Shown piece by piece: positions 9,882-19,864 of a stretch of 53,811 nucleotides of DNA (position 1 is the first letter of the stretch; the number at the start of each line of letters is the position of its first letter). The notes below the pieces were generated by a model. That model had not been told where the DNA came from. It saw nothing but the letters and a program-made list of their open reading frames with translations, and did no database searches. Source of the DNA: an uncultured delta proteobacterium (GTDB lineage: Bacteria > Desulfobacterota > RBG-13-43-22). The translations under genes were made by a program, and so were the position numbers. The stretch lies in NCBI GenBank assembly GCA_963743305.1, contig CAVUPH010000023.1, forward strand, positions 1 to 53,811, read 5' to 3'.

Positions 9882-11183
9882 ATGGCTGAAGCCCAACGAA
9901 AGTATCCCGAGGTCACCATCGATCCCGAGTCCATCCGCCAGGCCATCGACACCCGGATGAACGCCCGCCTGAAGATGTGGATGCGGATCTGCGCCCATTG
10001 CGGCTTGTGTGCCGACACCTGTCACTTTTATGTCTCCAAGAACAAAGACCCCAAGATGGTCCCCTCCTACAAGGCCCAGAAGCTGAAAGAATTCGTCAAA
10101 AAAAAAGGGAAGGTGGACGAAAAATACCTCCGGGAAATCTATGACATCGCCTACGGCGACTGCACCCTTTGCCGCCGCTGCACCATGTTCTGCCCTTTCG
10201 GCATCGACATGGCCACCATGGTGGCCACCCTGCGGGGAATTCTGACCTCCCAGGGCATGGCCCCGGAAGGGTTGAAGGCCGCCATCAAGAACTATCTCGA
10301 GACCGGCAACCAGATGGCCGTCTCCGAAGAAGACTGGGTGGAAACCGTGAAGTGGATGGAGGAGGAACTGCAGGAGGAGCTTCCCGGCGCCACCATTCCG
10401 ATCGACAAAAAAGGCGCCAAAATCATGTATACCGTCAATGCCCGGGAGCCTAAGTATTATCCCCAGGACATCCAATTGGCGGCCAAAGTCTTTCATGTGG
10501 TCGGAGAGGACTGGACCGTTCCCAGCAAGATGGGTTGGGACGACACCAACTTGGCCATGTTTGCCGGTGACCTGAAGACCGCCGGTTACATTGTTAAACT
10601 GATCCGCGACGCCGCCGAAGAGCTGCAGGTCCAGCGCGTCGTCATCACCGAGTGAGGCCACGCACTCCGGGCCGTTCAGTTTGAAGGGCCGATCTGGTTA
10701 GGGCGTGAGCATAATTTTGAGGTCATTCACAGCGTAAAACTTTTCGCCGAATACATCCGCGAAGGGCGGCTGAAGTTCACCCATAAAATCAAAGATCCCA
10801 TTACCTTTCAGGACCCCTGCAACGTCTCCCGGAACGGCGGCCTGGCCGACGAGGCCCGGTTCATCGTCAGCCACATTGCCGAGGATTTCCGGGAAATGAA
10901 TCCCCACGGGAATTACAACTATTGCTGCTCGGGCGGCGGCGGAGCCATCCCCATGGGACCGCCCTTCAAGCGGCGCCGCATGGAAGCCGGCAAGGCCAAG
11001 GCCGACCAGATCAGGGCCACCGGTGCCAAAATCGTCATCTGCCCCTGCCACAACTGCTACGACCAGGTTCGCGACCTGGGAAAGGAATACGACCTGGGAA
11101 TCAAGGTCATGTCCTTCAAGGAAATTTTCGAGGAGATCATGTACATCCCCGAGGAACTGAAGGCCAAGGAAGAGGAAGAATAA
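9882..11183 (+). CDS. TmcB/HmcF/HdrD-like (Fe-S)-binding CCG-domain protein, 433 aa, probable selenoprotein (UGA 10653-10655)
   Basis: CAHCGLCADTC and CTLCRRCTMFCP ferredoxin motifs; ITE-UGA-GHA in place of ECGH; frame stays open through QDPCN, YCCSGGGG and CPCHNC to TAA at 11183. Confidence 0.88.
10670..10690 (+). promoter_or_regulatory. Putative bacterial SECIS hairpin
   Basis: GGCC-G-TTCA-GTT-TGAA-G-GGCC stem-loop starting 15 nt after the UGA, with an apical G. Confidence 0.6.
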
Positions 11184-11219
11184 CCCGCAGACAAGGTGGG
11201 GGAGGATAACTGAAAAGGA

Positions 11220-11313
11220 TGAACATCGAACATCGAACGCCCAACATCGAATTTTGAACTGGGGGTTTGTATTTCATTCGAGGTTGGACGTTCGATGTTC
11301 GATGTTCGACGTT
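11220..11313. repeat. Inverted repeat built from 7-bp units (GAACATC/GATGTTC)
   Basis: aacatcgaacatcgaacgcccaac...gttggacgttcgatgttcgatgtt; a half copy lies at about 42800-42838. Confidence 0.75.
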
Positions 11314-11496
11314 AGTAGGTAGAACAGTCCCCCGGCCTTTTCCCTCCAATGTATTGACATAAAAGGTGCTTCCCTCATACCGGGGTCCCTCTAGCCCCGG
11401 CGCAATAAGTTGACAAGCCCCCTGCTTTCGGATAGCATTTCTTTAAGTTCTCTAGTTCCATGGTCCTATAACTTTTTTCAGAAAGAGGAGATAATC

Positions 11497-12495
11497 ATGT
11501 CCATTAAGGTCGCCATAAATGGTTTTGGAAGGATCGGGAGGCTGGTATTTCGGGCGGGTTTCAGGAGCGACGCGGTTGAATTCGTGGCCGTCAATGATCT
11601 GGCCGATGCGCGGACGATGGCCCATCTGCTGAAATACGACTCGGTCCATGGGGTCCTGCAGGCGGAAGTCAAGGCCGGAGAAAACGCCATTTGGGTGGAC
11701 GGAAAGGAAATCAAGGCCTTCGCTATGAAGGACCCGGCGTCCCTGCCCTGGAAAGCCCTGGAAGTCGATGTGGTCCTGGAGAGCACCGGCAAATTTACCG
11801 ACCGGGCGGGCGCTGAAAGGCACCTCCTGGCCGGGGCCAAAAAGGTGGTCATTTCCGCACCGGCCAAAAACCCGGACGTTACGGTCGTCTTTGGAATTAA
11901 CCCGGAGCAGTACGACAAAACCAAACACCACGTCATCTCCATGGGCTCCTGTACCACCAACTGCCTGGCTCCGGTGGTCAAGATCCTGCAGAAAGAATTC
12001 GGGGTGGAATACGGCCTGATGACCACGATCCATGCCTATACCAACGATCAGGTCATCCAGGACGAGCCGCACAAGGATCTGCGCCGGTCCCGGGCGGCCG
12101 CCCTGTCCATGATCCCCACCACCACCGGAGCGGCCAAAGCGATCGCGGAAGTCATCCCGGAGATGAAAGGGAAATTGGACGGCCTGTCCGTCAGGGTACC
12201 CGTACCGAACGTCTCCCTGGTGGATTTCGTGGCCACCTTATCCCGAGCCACCAGCAAGGATGAAGTCAATTCCAAGTTCAGGGAGTACGCCGCCGGCCCG
12301 CTGAAGGGTATCCTTCGCTGTTCCGAAGAAGAATTGGTGTCCCTGGATTTTAACGGGGACCCGCATTCCTCGATCGTGGACCTGCCCAACACCAGCGTGA
12401 TCGGCGGCACCCTGGTCAAGGTCCTCTCCTGGTATGACAATGAATGGGGCTTTTCCAACCGAATGCTGGAGCTCTTGTCATTTATCATGAGGTAA
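11497..12495 (+). CDS. gap: Type I glyceraldehyde-3-phosphate dehydrogenase
   Basis: INGFGRIGR, SCTTNCLAP, TTTGAAKA, WYDNEWGFS; GAGGAG RBS before ATG 11497. Confidence 0.97.
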   Translation: MSIKVAINGFGRIGRLVFRAGFRSDAVEFVAVNDLADARTMAHLLKYDSVHGVLQAEVKAGENAIWVDGKEIKAFAMKDPASLPWKALEVDVVLESTGKFTDRAGAERHLLAGAKKVVISAPAKNPDVTVVFGINPEQYDKTKHHVISMGSCTTNCLAPVVKILQKEFGVEYGLMTTIHAYTNDQVIQDEPHKDLRRSRAAALSMIPTTTGAAKAIAEVIPEMKGKLDGLSVRVPVPNVSLVDFVATLSRATSKDEVNSKFREYAAGPLKGILRCSEEELVSLDFNGDPHSSIVDLPNTSVIGGTLVKVLSWYDNEWGFSNRMLELLSFIMR

Positions 12496-12540
12496 GTATC
12501 GGTTTAAAATTTAAAATTCAAGACAAATTCAGATGATAGG

Positions 12541-12678
12541 TTCTCAAAAGGTCCCCCAGGCTGTCATTGGGAGGAGTGCAGCGACGAAGCAATCCCCAGG
12601 ATTCGGCTAATTGTCATGGCGGAGATTGCTTCGCTTCGCTCGCAATGACGGGCTTTTCGGCTTTTTGCGAAACCATCT
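12541..12678. repeat. REP/MITE-like palindromic element, family A copy 1
   Basis: GTCATTG(C)GAGGAG..GCGACGAAGCAATC...GATTGCTTCG..CTCGCAATGAC core with outer inverted arms. Confidence 0.85.
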
Positions 12679-12796
12679 TTCCTAACGTTTTGTTTCGGTC
12701 ATTTGAATTTTGGACATTCGTGCTTGTTTCGAATTTCGTGCTTCGAATTTCGGATTTTTTAATCGACTATTTTAACCGAATAAACCATTAGATCTT

Positions 12797-15700
12797 ATGC
12801 CGGACACTTCGAATACTTTCGTCTCCACCGCCCTGCAGGCCAATCTGGAACGGACCGCCGCCACGGTGGAAATACCCGAAAAATACCGGGTCCTGCTCGA
12901 CATTACCCGGGAGCACTACGGTGTTTTCAAGCGGACCCGGGAACTCCTGACGGAAATAAATCATCCTTTCGTGAACTGGGAGATCGTCTTGAAGCAACTC
13001 CGCACCCTCTCCCTGGGCGACCTCCATGACTTTAACCGCCATGAAAAAGGGCTGGAAGCGCTCCAAATTTTCGTCGGGATTTATTTCGAGGTGATCCGTT
13101 CCCGCGCCGGAGAAGAAACCCGAGAAACAGCCCTCCGTTACCTCTTTGATTTTCTGGACCTGATCCTGTCCAAGAGCGGCGGAATGATCGAACGGAATCG
13201 AACCCTTTTCCCCGGCCTCCTCGACAACCTTCTTGTTTTATCCCGGGAGGAGGCTTTCCTTTTCCGGAAAGGTTCGACCTATGGGAAAAAGCTCCTCCAG
13301 GCGGCTCGAGAGCAGTCGTTTACGTTCGACGGCCTCCCTCTGGGTCAATTTCTTCGTCAGGTCTTCCAGGCGACCTATTCTTTCTGGCTGGAACAGCCCG
13401 ATCCCCGGGATTGGTTCAACCGGGAGGGGGAGGAACCTTCCGCCCTTTTCGGCTACGATGCCATCGTCAAGCCTCTGACCCATCGATCACTGGCCGCCCT
13501 GCGGGAGGAGCTAATATCGCTGCCGGAAAGGCCCGGGCCGGAGGCCGGTGCGGGAACGGAAGGCTACCTGACCCGGCCCGATTACGCCCAGATTGTCGAG
13601 GGCTATCTGTTGGTGGCCGACGAACTGGAACGGTCCGGCCTCTATGCCGGCCGGGAGTACCTGATCAAGCTGGATTTTCTCTTTCACATCATCAACGTCC
13701 CGGCCCTGGCCGATATCCACGGCCGGACGCTGATCGAGATCAACCGCTGTCTGGCCCTGGTGTTTCGGGAGAAGACGCCGGAGAATCTGACCGATTTTGT
13801 CCGAAACGTATTCCAGCTCCTAAAGAAATGCGCTACCTGTTTTCAGTACCGCAGCACCGTCCTGAATTGCATTACCACCGTGGCCCGAGAAGTATTCAAA
13901 CTGAACTATCACCCGCTGGCGGACACCTTTATCGATGAACTGATCGCCTTCGGGTTTCAGCATCCGCAGCTCGCCGGCGCCAATGCGGACTGGCAGATCC
14001 GGGTCAACCCGGCCCATATCGAGAATATCCGGTCCTGGCTGGAAATCATCGCCCTGAAACCGAGATGGACCCGGAGGCTGCTCTCGGCGCTGATCATCAA
14101 CCTGAAGTTGGGAGGGGTCTTTATCCGAGATACGGACCTGCTCCAGAAGAACATCTCGGCCCTGCTCAACACCTCTATCGGCCCGGCTTTCAATCTGGTC
14201 AAACAACTCCTGCGGTTGTTCCCCATCTACTTCAGCGAAATCGGAGCGGAAGGGGAGCTGCGGGAGATATCCACCGAGGTGGACGAGATTGCCTTCCGGC
14301 AGGACCCGGTCGTCCATTTCCTCCGCAAACAATCGCATGTGGAGAGCAATAGCCTCTTGGTCTCCTTCCTCGAGGACGCTTTCCGTTATTGGGCCACCGG
14401 GAAAAAATCCTTCCTCCGGGTCCATCTCCCGGAGGAGGTTTATGCCCAGACCCCCGAAGGCGCCCGGGAGACACGGGGGCTGCAGACGATCTTCCGCTCG
14501 CTGCTGGAAAAGGTGCGCTCCGATCCCCAAGGTTTCCTGAATTGGGACGGTCCCCGGATAGCCAAAGAGATCCAGGGAGTGGCCGAAACCCCGGAGCAGG
14601 ACCGGGAACGGGCCAGGCTGCTCATCCGTTTCTATCAACTGCTCTACAAGAAATACAACCCGCAGCATATTGATCTGCTTAAGGACCTGGAGACCTCCTA
14701 CCTCTTTGAGGCAACGAAAGTCCGGGACCTCCGTCGCCATCTCCAAAAAAAGAAACAGGACAAGAGCCTGGCCGTCATTCTGGACTTTCTCGCCCAACTA
14801 AAGGAAGTAATCCTCTCCCCCGAGAAAAGCGAGTACGTGGAGAACATCTACCGCAAGCGCCATATTGCCGCCGGCATCCCCTCCATGTACGGCACCTATC
14901 GGGAAAAGAAATTTGAAGCCCTGGGGCTTTCCCTGCGACTGGAAAGTCTGGCCACGCTCCTCTTTGAAGAACTGATCCAGTCCCTTAATCTGAAATTCAT
15001 CACCAAAAGCACCTTGGTGCGCATCCACCGGTACCTCTGGCTCTATATCAAGGCCCTCGACCTGGAAGGTGTGGCCGTTGAGGGACTTTCAGCCAAGATG
15101 AGGTATGTCAGCCACGCCCTGGAAATTAAGCAGTTCTCCATCGACCAGTATATCGACATCTTCCAGTTCATCTCCAAAGGAATTCAGGACATTATTCGGG
15201 AATATTACATCGAGGTGCACCAGCCCAACCTGCCACTGATCATTGCTCAAATTTCAAAGGAGGACGGCTCCACATTGGGAGGGCGGGCCCTCGGCCGGGA
15301 AGAAGAACTCTTTTACCAACTCTCCGAGAATTTTATCCGCATGGCCATCTCGTCGGCCTTCGGCCTCCAGGTGCTGGATAATTTCATCAACCGTATCCTG
15401 CGCACCTTGCAGGCCGAATTGGAAAAATTTAAAGAGAACAAGCAGATTCTGACCCTGGTCATGGCCTATGAACCGGAGACAGCCATCACCCCCCTCTACC
15501 GGCGCGACAAAAAATTAGACAACCAGATCCGCCTCGGCAACAAGGGCTACTTTCTCAAGGAATTGGCTTCCATGGGGTTCCCCGTGCCCCCCGGTTTTGT
15601 GCTGACTACCGAGGTCTTCCGCCGGATTGAAGCCCTGCTGGGCTACCAGTACATCATGGATGATCTGAACGTCCGCATCCTCCGGGAGATCCGGCATCTG

Positions 15701-17015
15701 GAAAGGATGGTCGGACGACATTTCGGAGACCTCAAAAATCCGCTGCTGTTAAGCGTCCGCAGCGGCGCCACGATCTCGCTGCCGGGCATGATGCAATCGA
15801 TCTTGAACGTGGGCATCAACGAAAGGATTGCCGAGGGACTCAGTCAAAAAAAAGGATTCTCCTGGGCGGCCTGGGATTCCTACCGGCGCTACCTGCAGAG
15901 CTACGGGATGCTGCGGGGCCTGGATCGGAATTTTTTTGATTCCCTGATCGACACCTTCAAACAACGCTACGGGGTCAGCCGTAAGATCCAGTTCTCTCCG
16001 GACCAGATGCGGCTGGTTGCGCTAGCCTATAAAAGGGCCTTGGAGGACAAGGGTTTGGAAGTGCCCGAACGTCCCTGGGACCAGCTCCAGGACGCCATTC
16101 TTCGGGTCATCGATTCCTGGAATTCCGAGCAGGCCCGAATTTACCGCCGTCAGATGCACCTCTCCGATGAGTGGGGAACGGCGGTCATTGTCCAAACCAT
16201 GATTTTCGGCAACCTGAACAGCCAATCCGGGTCGGGAGTGATCTTCACCCGGGACCCCAAAAGCTCCGCCCCCGGCATCAATTTGTACGGCGACTTCATT
16301 TTCGGGGTTCAGGGAGACGACATTGTCTCCGGTCTGGTCGCCACCTATCCCATTTCGGAGAAACAACGGTTGAACGAACGGAAGGACACGGCCATTTCCC
16401 TGGAGGCCAATTTCCCCGAAATATTCGGGCAACTGCTCCGTCTCTGCGAAATCCTGATCTATGAGAAACGGTTCAATCACCAGGAGATCGAATTTACCTT
16501 TGAGCAGGCCACCCGGGAGGGCCTCCATATCCTCCAGACCCGGGAAATGGTCCAGCGGGAAACCACCAAGTTGCCCATTTTTAAGGATTCCCCAGACCTT
16601 GAAAAAAAGTCTGCTGGGGAACGGCATCGGGGTGAGCGGGGGAGCACTGGCGGGCCGGGCGGTCTATTCCGAGGAGGAGATCCGGCAGTACCGGGAAAGC
16701 GAACCGGATACGCCGTTGATCCTGATTCGTCCCGATTCCGTACCCGACGATGTGGGGGTTTTGCTTCAGGTGGAGGGGCTCCTGACGGCCAGGGGGGGCA
16801 GCACCTCCCATGCCGCGGTCACCATCCCCCAACTCAACAAGGTCGGCGTGGTGGGGTTCACTAAATTAAGCGTCTATGAAACCAAAGGCTACAGCACCGT
16901 GGACGGCCAAACCATCACCGGGGGAGACTTCATTTCCATCGACGGCTGGAGCGGCGCCGTCTACCAGGGCCGCCACGAGCGGGAGGCCCAGGAGTCCAAT
17001 CGGGTGACTTTGTAG
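12797..17015 (+). CDS. Large atypical pyruvate,phosphate dikinase-like protein (~1405 aa), frameshifted at the A7 run 16602-16608
   Basis: LGNKG, PVPPGF, PLLLSVRSGA..S.PGMM, WGTAVIVQTMIFGN, QGDDIVSG; second frame carries GGSTSHAAV (phospho-His swivel domain); removing one A joins the two frames. Confidence 0.8.
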
Positions 17016-17135
17016 GGGAGGGTCCCATCCCCGCCCTCGGTAATAATCATAATCAATTGTTAATGATTAATTGTTAACGAATGTAGCACAGCCGCCCCCG
17101 GCTGTGTGCCCGGATTAGGGATTCAGAACCAACAG

Positions 17136-17165
17136 AAAAGGGCGGGTTCAAACCCGCCCTTTTTT
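17136..17165. terminator. Bidirectional intrinsic terminator
   Basis: AAAAGGGCGGGTT-CA-AACCCGCCCTTTTT between convergent genes. Confidence 0.85.
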
Positions 17166-17166
17166 A

Positions 17167-18444
17167 TTAGGCCAACTGCTTGTGCACGTAAACCGCCAGG
17201 TCCCCCAACCGGTTGGTGTAGCTCCCGTATTCATTGTCGTACCAGCCGAAAATCTTGGCGTGGACCACGGGCACCCGGAGGCAACTCTCCGGCAGTGTAG
17301 GTATAACCTGCGGAGGCAGGCCGGGGATCCAGGCGCAGTCAATGTCGATGAACGAGGTTCGGGTATGGTTCAACTGCCCTTCGATCACCACGGCGGCATC
17401 CAGCCCGATGAGATCGCTGGAGACATTCTGATCCATCGAAAAGAGCAGCAGGTTTTCCGGGTCCCGCTCCCCGGCATCCTGGTAAATCCGGTTGATGGTG
17501 CTCGTGTCCAGCTCCAGGGGCGACCCGTCTGCCTTCATCTTGCTCTGGAAGGTGACATTCAGGACGATCAGGGACTCCGTGTTGGTAGGGACCCGGATGG
17601 AATCGGCCATGAAGCCGATGTTCTTGACCTCGGGGATGACCTCGGCCAGGGCCACGGCCGCGCCGGTGGAAGTAAGAATGATATTGTTCAGGATGCTTCG
17701 ATTTTTCCTCAGGTCTTTCTCCCCCGCCTTGGGCATGGAATCGAGGACCGCCTGGGTATTGGTTGCGGCATGCACCGTGGACATGGAGGCGGTCAGGATC
17801 TTATTGGTGGCCTCGTTTTCCAGCAGGGGCTTGACCATATGGGCCAAACCGGTGGTCGTGCAGGAAGCGCCCGACAACACCTGGTGGGCTTTTTTATCGA
17901 AGGCCGTGTGATTGATGCCGTAGACCAGCATGATCGCGTCATCCGGTACGGAGAGGGCCTTGTTCTTGATCTTGAAAGGAGAAGAATTGATGGCGATCCG
18001 GGCCCCGGCCGCCAGATGCCCTCGGAGGGAGCCTCCGGAGTCGTCGGGAGCAATCGTGGGGTCCTTGAATTTTCCGGTGGTTTCCACGACCAGATCCACC
18101 CCGTAATCCCGCCATTTGATCTCCGCCGGAACCCGCGACTCCCGGAGAACGGTCACCGGGATGCCGTCAATCAACATCTTTCCGGCTTTCTCATCCACGA
18201 TCTCAATGAAGCGTTTGGCTTTGATCCCATAGAGAAACCGGTGCAGCAGGCCGTAGGTGGAATCGGTTTCAATCCGCTGCGCGATGGCCTGCAAGCCCGT
18301 GCCTACCTCCCGCCCGGTATTGACCACGATCTCCTGAAAATATTTTCGCCCCACGTGATTCCAAAGGGTCAGCTTGCCGATCCGCCCTAAACCGTTAATT
18401 CCAACGACGGGTTTCTTATTTTCAAACACCTCGACTCGCGCCAT
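17167..18444 (-). CDS. Divergent long GAPDH-family protein (425 aa)
   Basis: GINGLGRIG, GASCTTTGLA, TSTGAA, WYDNEYG; insertions relative to canonical GapA. Confidence 0.85.
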   Translation of the reverse strand: MARVEVFENKKPVVGINGLGRIGKLTLWNHVGRKYFQEIVVNTGREVGTGLQAIAQRIETDSTYGLLHRFLYGIKAKRFIEIVDEKAGKMLIDGIPVTVLRESRVPAEIKWRDYGVDLVVETTGKFKDPTIAPDDSGGSLRGHLAAGARIAINSSPFKIKNKALSVPDDAIMLVYGINHTAFDKKAHQVLSGASCTTTGLAHMVKPLLENEATNKILTASMSTVHAATNTQAVLDSMPKAGEKDLRKNRSILNNIILTSTGAAVALAEVIPEVKNIGFMADSIRVPTNTESLIVLNVTFQSKMKADGSPLELDTSTINRIYQDAGERDPENLLLFSMDQNVSSDLIGLDAAVVIEGQLNHTRTSFIDIDCAWIPGLPPQVIPTLPESCLRVPVVHAKIFGWYDNEYGSYTNRLGDLAVYVHKQLA

Positions 18445-18594
18445 AATGCACCCCTTAAGCTCTTAAAAGATCAATTGGTTAGCTGAAATAATGACCCGCA
18501 AAAAGTCCCAAACATTCATTTTATTTCCTTATTTAAAAATAATATCAATTTGAAAAGAAGAAGTCAATAAGCTGCGATTTGAGCTTTTTATAAA

Positions 18595-18630
18595 TAAAAA
18601 ACGGCCAAGCGCTTTTCTTGGCCGTTTTTT
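18595..18630 (-). terminator. Intrinsic terminator downstream of tRNA-Leu
   Basis: AAAAAACGGCCAAG-loop-CTTGGCCGTTTTTT. Confidence 0.8.
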
Positions 18631-18637
18631 ATTTCAG

Positions 18638-18723
18638 TGGTGCCGAAGGCGGGATTTGAACCCGCACGGAGTTACCCGCCACCCCCTCAAGATGGTGTGT
18701 CTACCAGGTTCCACCACTTCGGC
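18638..18723 (-). tRNA. tRNA-Leu(GAG)
   Basis: Reverse complement GCCGAAGTGGTGGAA..GGTAGACAC..TTGAGGG..GGGTTCAAATCCC..CTTCGGCACCA; long variable arm, encoded CCA, usual position after secG. Confidence 0.95.
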
Positions 18724-18738
18724 ATTAGGAAAAACTTT

Positions 18739-19092
18739 CTATTTGGCGGTCGGCGCCGTCGGGGCCACTGGAGCGGTCGGGGTGGCGGTCTTGCCGGTTG
18801 CCGGCACGGCCGGAGCCGATTGGCGAACCGGGGCCGTGGAGGAATCGACCACCGAGGACCTGGTGCGGGGGCCGGAGATGAAGGCTAAGATCAGGGAAGT
18901 AACCATGAAGACTACCGCTACCCCCGTGGTCAATTTCCCTAAAAAAGTCGTGGCGCCGGAACTTCCGAAGATCGTCTGGCTCGATCCTCCAAACGCCGCC
19001 CCCATGCTGGCCCCTTTTCCGGTCTGGAGCAAAACGATCAGGATCAGCCCGATACAGACGATAATGTGGATAATTACAATAAATACGGTCAT
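18739..19092 (-). CDS. secG: Preprotein translocase subunit SecG
   Basis: VLLQTGKGASMGAAFGGSSQTIFGSSGATTFL; tpiA-secG-tRNA-Leu synteny. Confidence 0.95.
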   Translation of the reverse strand: MTVFIVIIHIIVCIGLILIVLLQTGKGASMGAAFGGSSQTIFGSSGATTFLGKLTTGVAVVFMVTSLILAFISGPRTRSSVVDSSTAPVRQSAPAVPATGKTATPTAPVAPTAPTAK

Positions 19093-19095
19093 AGT

Positions 19096-19854
19096 CTATT
19101 CAATGCTCTCCTGAATGATGGCGATAAAAGGCTCCGCTTTCAAACTGGCTCCACCGACCAACCCTCCGTCGATATCCTCCTGGGCCAGCAAACCCCGGGT
19201 CGTTTCCGGGGTAACACTTCCACCATACACAATTCTCTTCTCGGATGCAACCCTTTTATCGAACAGATCGGCCAGCAGCCCCCGGATAAAGGAATGCACC
19301 GCCTGGGCCATTTCCGGGGTGGCCGTTTTCCCAGTCCCGATGGCCCAAACCGGCTCATAGGCGATTACCCCGGAAGCCGCCTGTTCAGCGCTGAGCCCCA
19401 GGAGCCCCTCCCGGATCTGCCGGGACAAGACGGCTTCCACCCGGTCGGCTTCCCGCTCCTCCAGGGTTTCCCCAACGCAAAAGACCGGTTGGAGGCCGGC
19501 TCGCAGGCCGGCCTGTATTTTCTGATTGATGACCGAATCGGTTTCCTTAAACCAGTGGCGGCGCTCGGAATGGCCGATGAGGACGTAGGTACACCCCACA
19601 TCCCTGAGCATTCCCGGAGAAATTTCGCCGGTATAGGCCCCCAGGTCGGCCCAATGAAGATTTTGGCCCGCTAACTGAATCGCGGTCCCCCGGAGGGCCG
19701 TCCCCACTGCCGGCAAGGCGGTGAAGGCGGGGGCGATCACCACCTCCACGGCGTTGGAGTGCGGGAGTCCGTCTTTCAACGATTGGACCAGGGTCAGGGC
19801 CTCGCCGATCGTCTTGTGCATCTTCCAGTTGCCGCCAATCCATTTCCGACGCAT
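19096..19854 (-). CDS. tpiA: Triosephosphate isomerase
   Basis: GNWKMH, IGHSERR, AYEPVWAIGTG, YGGSV, LVGGASL. Confidence 0.97.
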   Translation of the reverse strand: MRRKWIGGNWKMHKTIGEALTLVQSLKDGLPHSNAVEVVIAPAFTALPAVGTALRGTAIQLAGQNLHWADLGAYTGEISPGMLRDVGCTYVLIGHSERRHWFKETDSVINQKIQAGLRAGLQPVFCVGETLEEREADRVEAVLSRQIREGLLGLSAEQAASGVIAYEPVWAIGTGKTATPEMAQAVHSFIRGLLADLFDKRVASEKRIVYGGSVTPETTRGLLAQEDIDGGLVGGASLKAEPFIAIIQESIE

Positions 19855-19864
19855 AATCCCCTCC

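Noticed and set aside
16602-16609. A-AAA-AAG programmed -1 frameshift heptamer, in the correct phase
   Set aside because: The -1 frame reaches TGA within about ten codons; the conserved domain needs a +1 shift
17182-18390. Long antisense ORFs (402 aa here; also 9699-10661, 13820-14797, 50324-51016)
   Set aside because: Shadows of well-supported genes on the opposite strand in GC-rich DNA, with no motifs
18638-18723. tRNA-Leu as an integration site for an island
   Set aside because: No duplicated tRNA 3' end or integrase seen in the window
18637-19114. Plus-strand ORFs over the tRNA and secG
   Set aside because: Spurious translations of the tRNA and secG antisense strands
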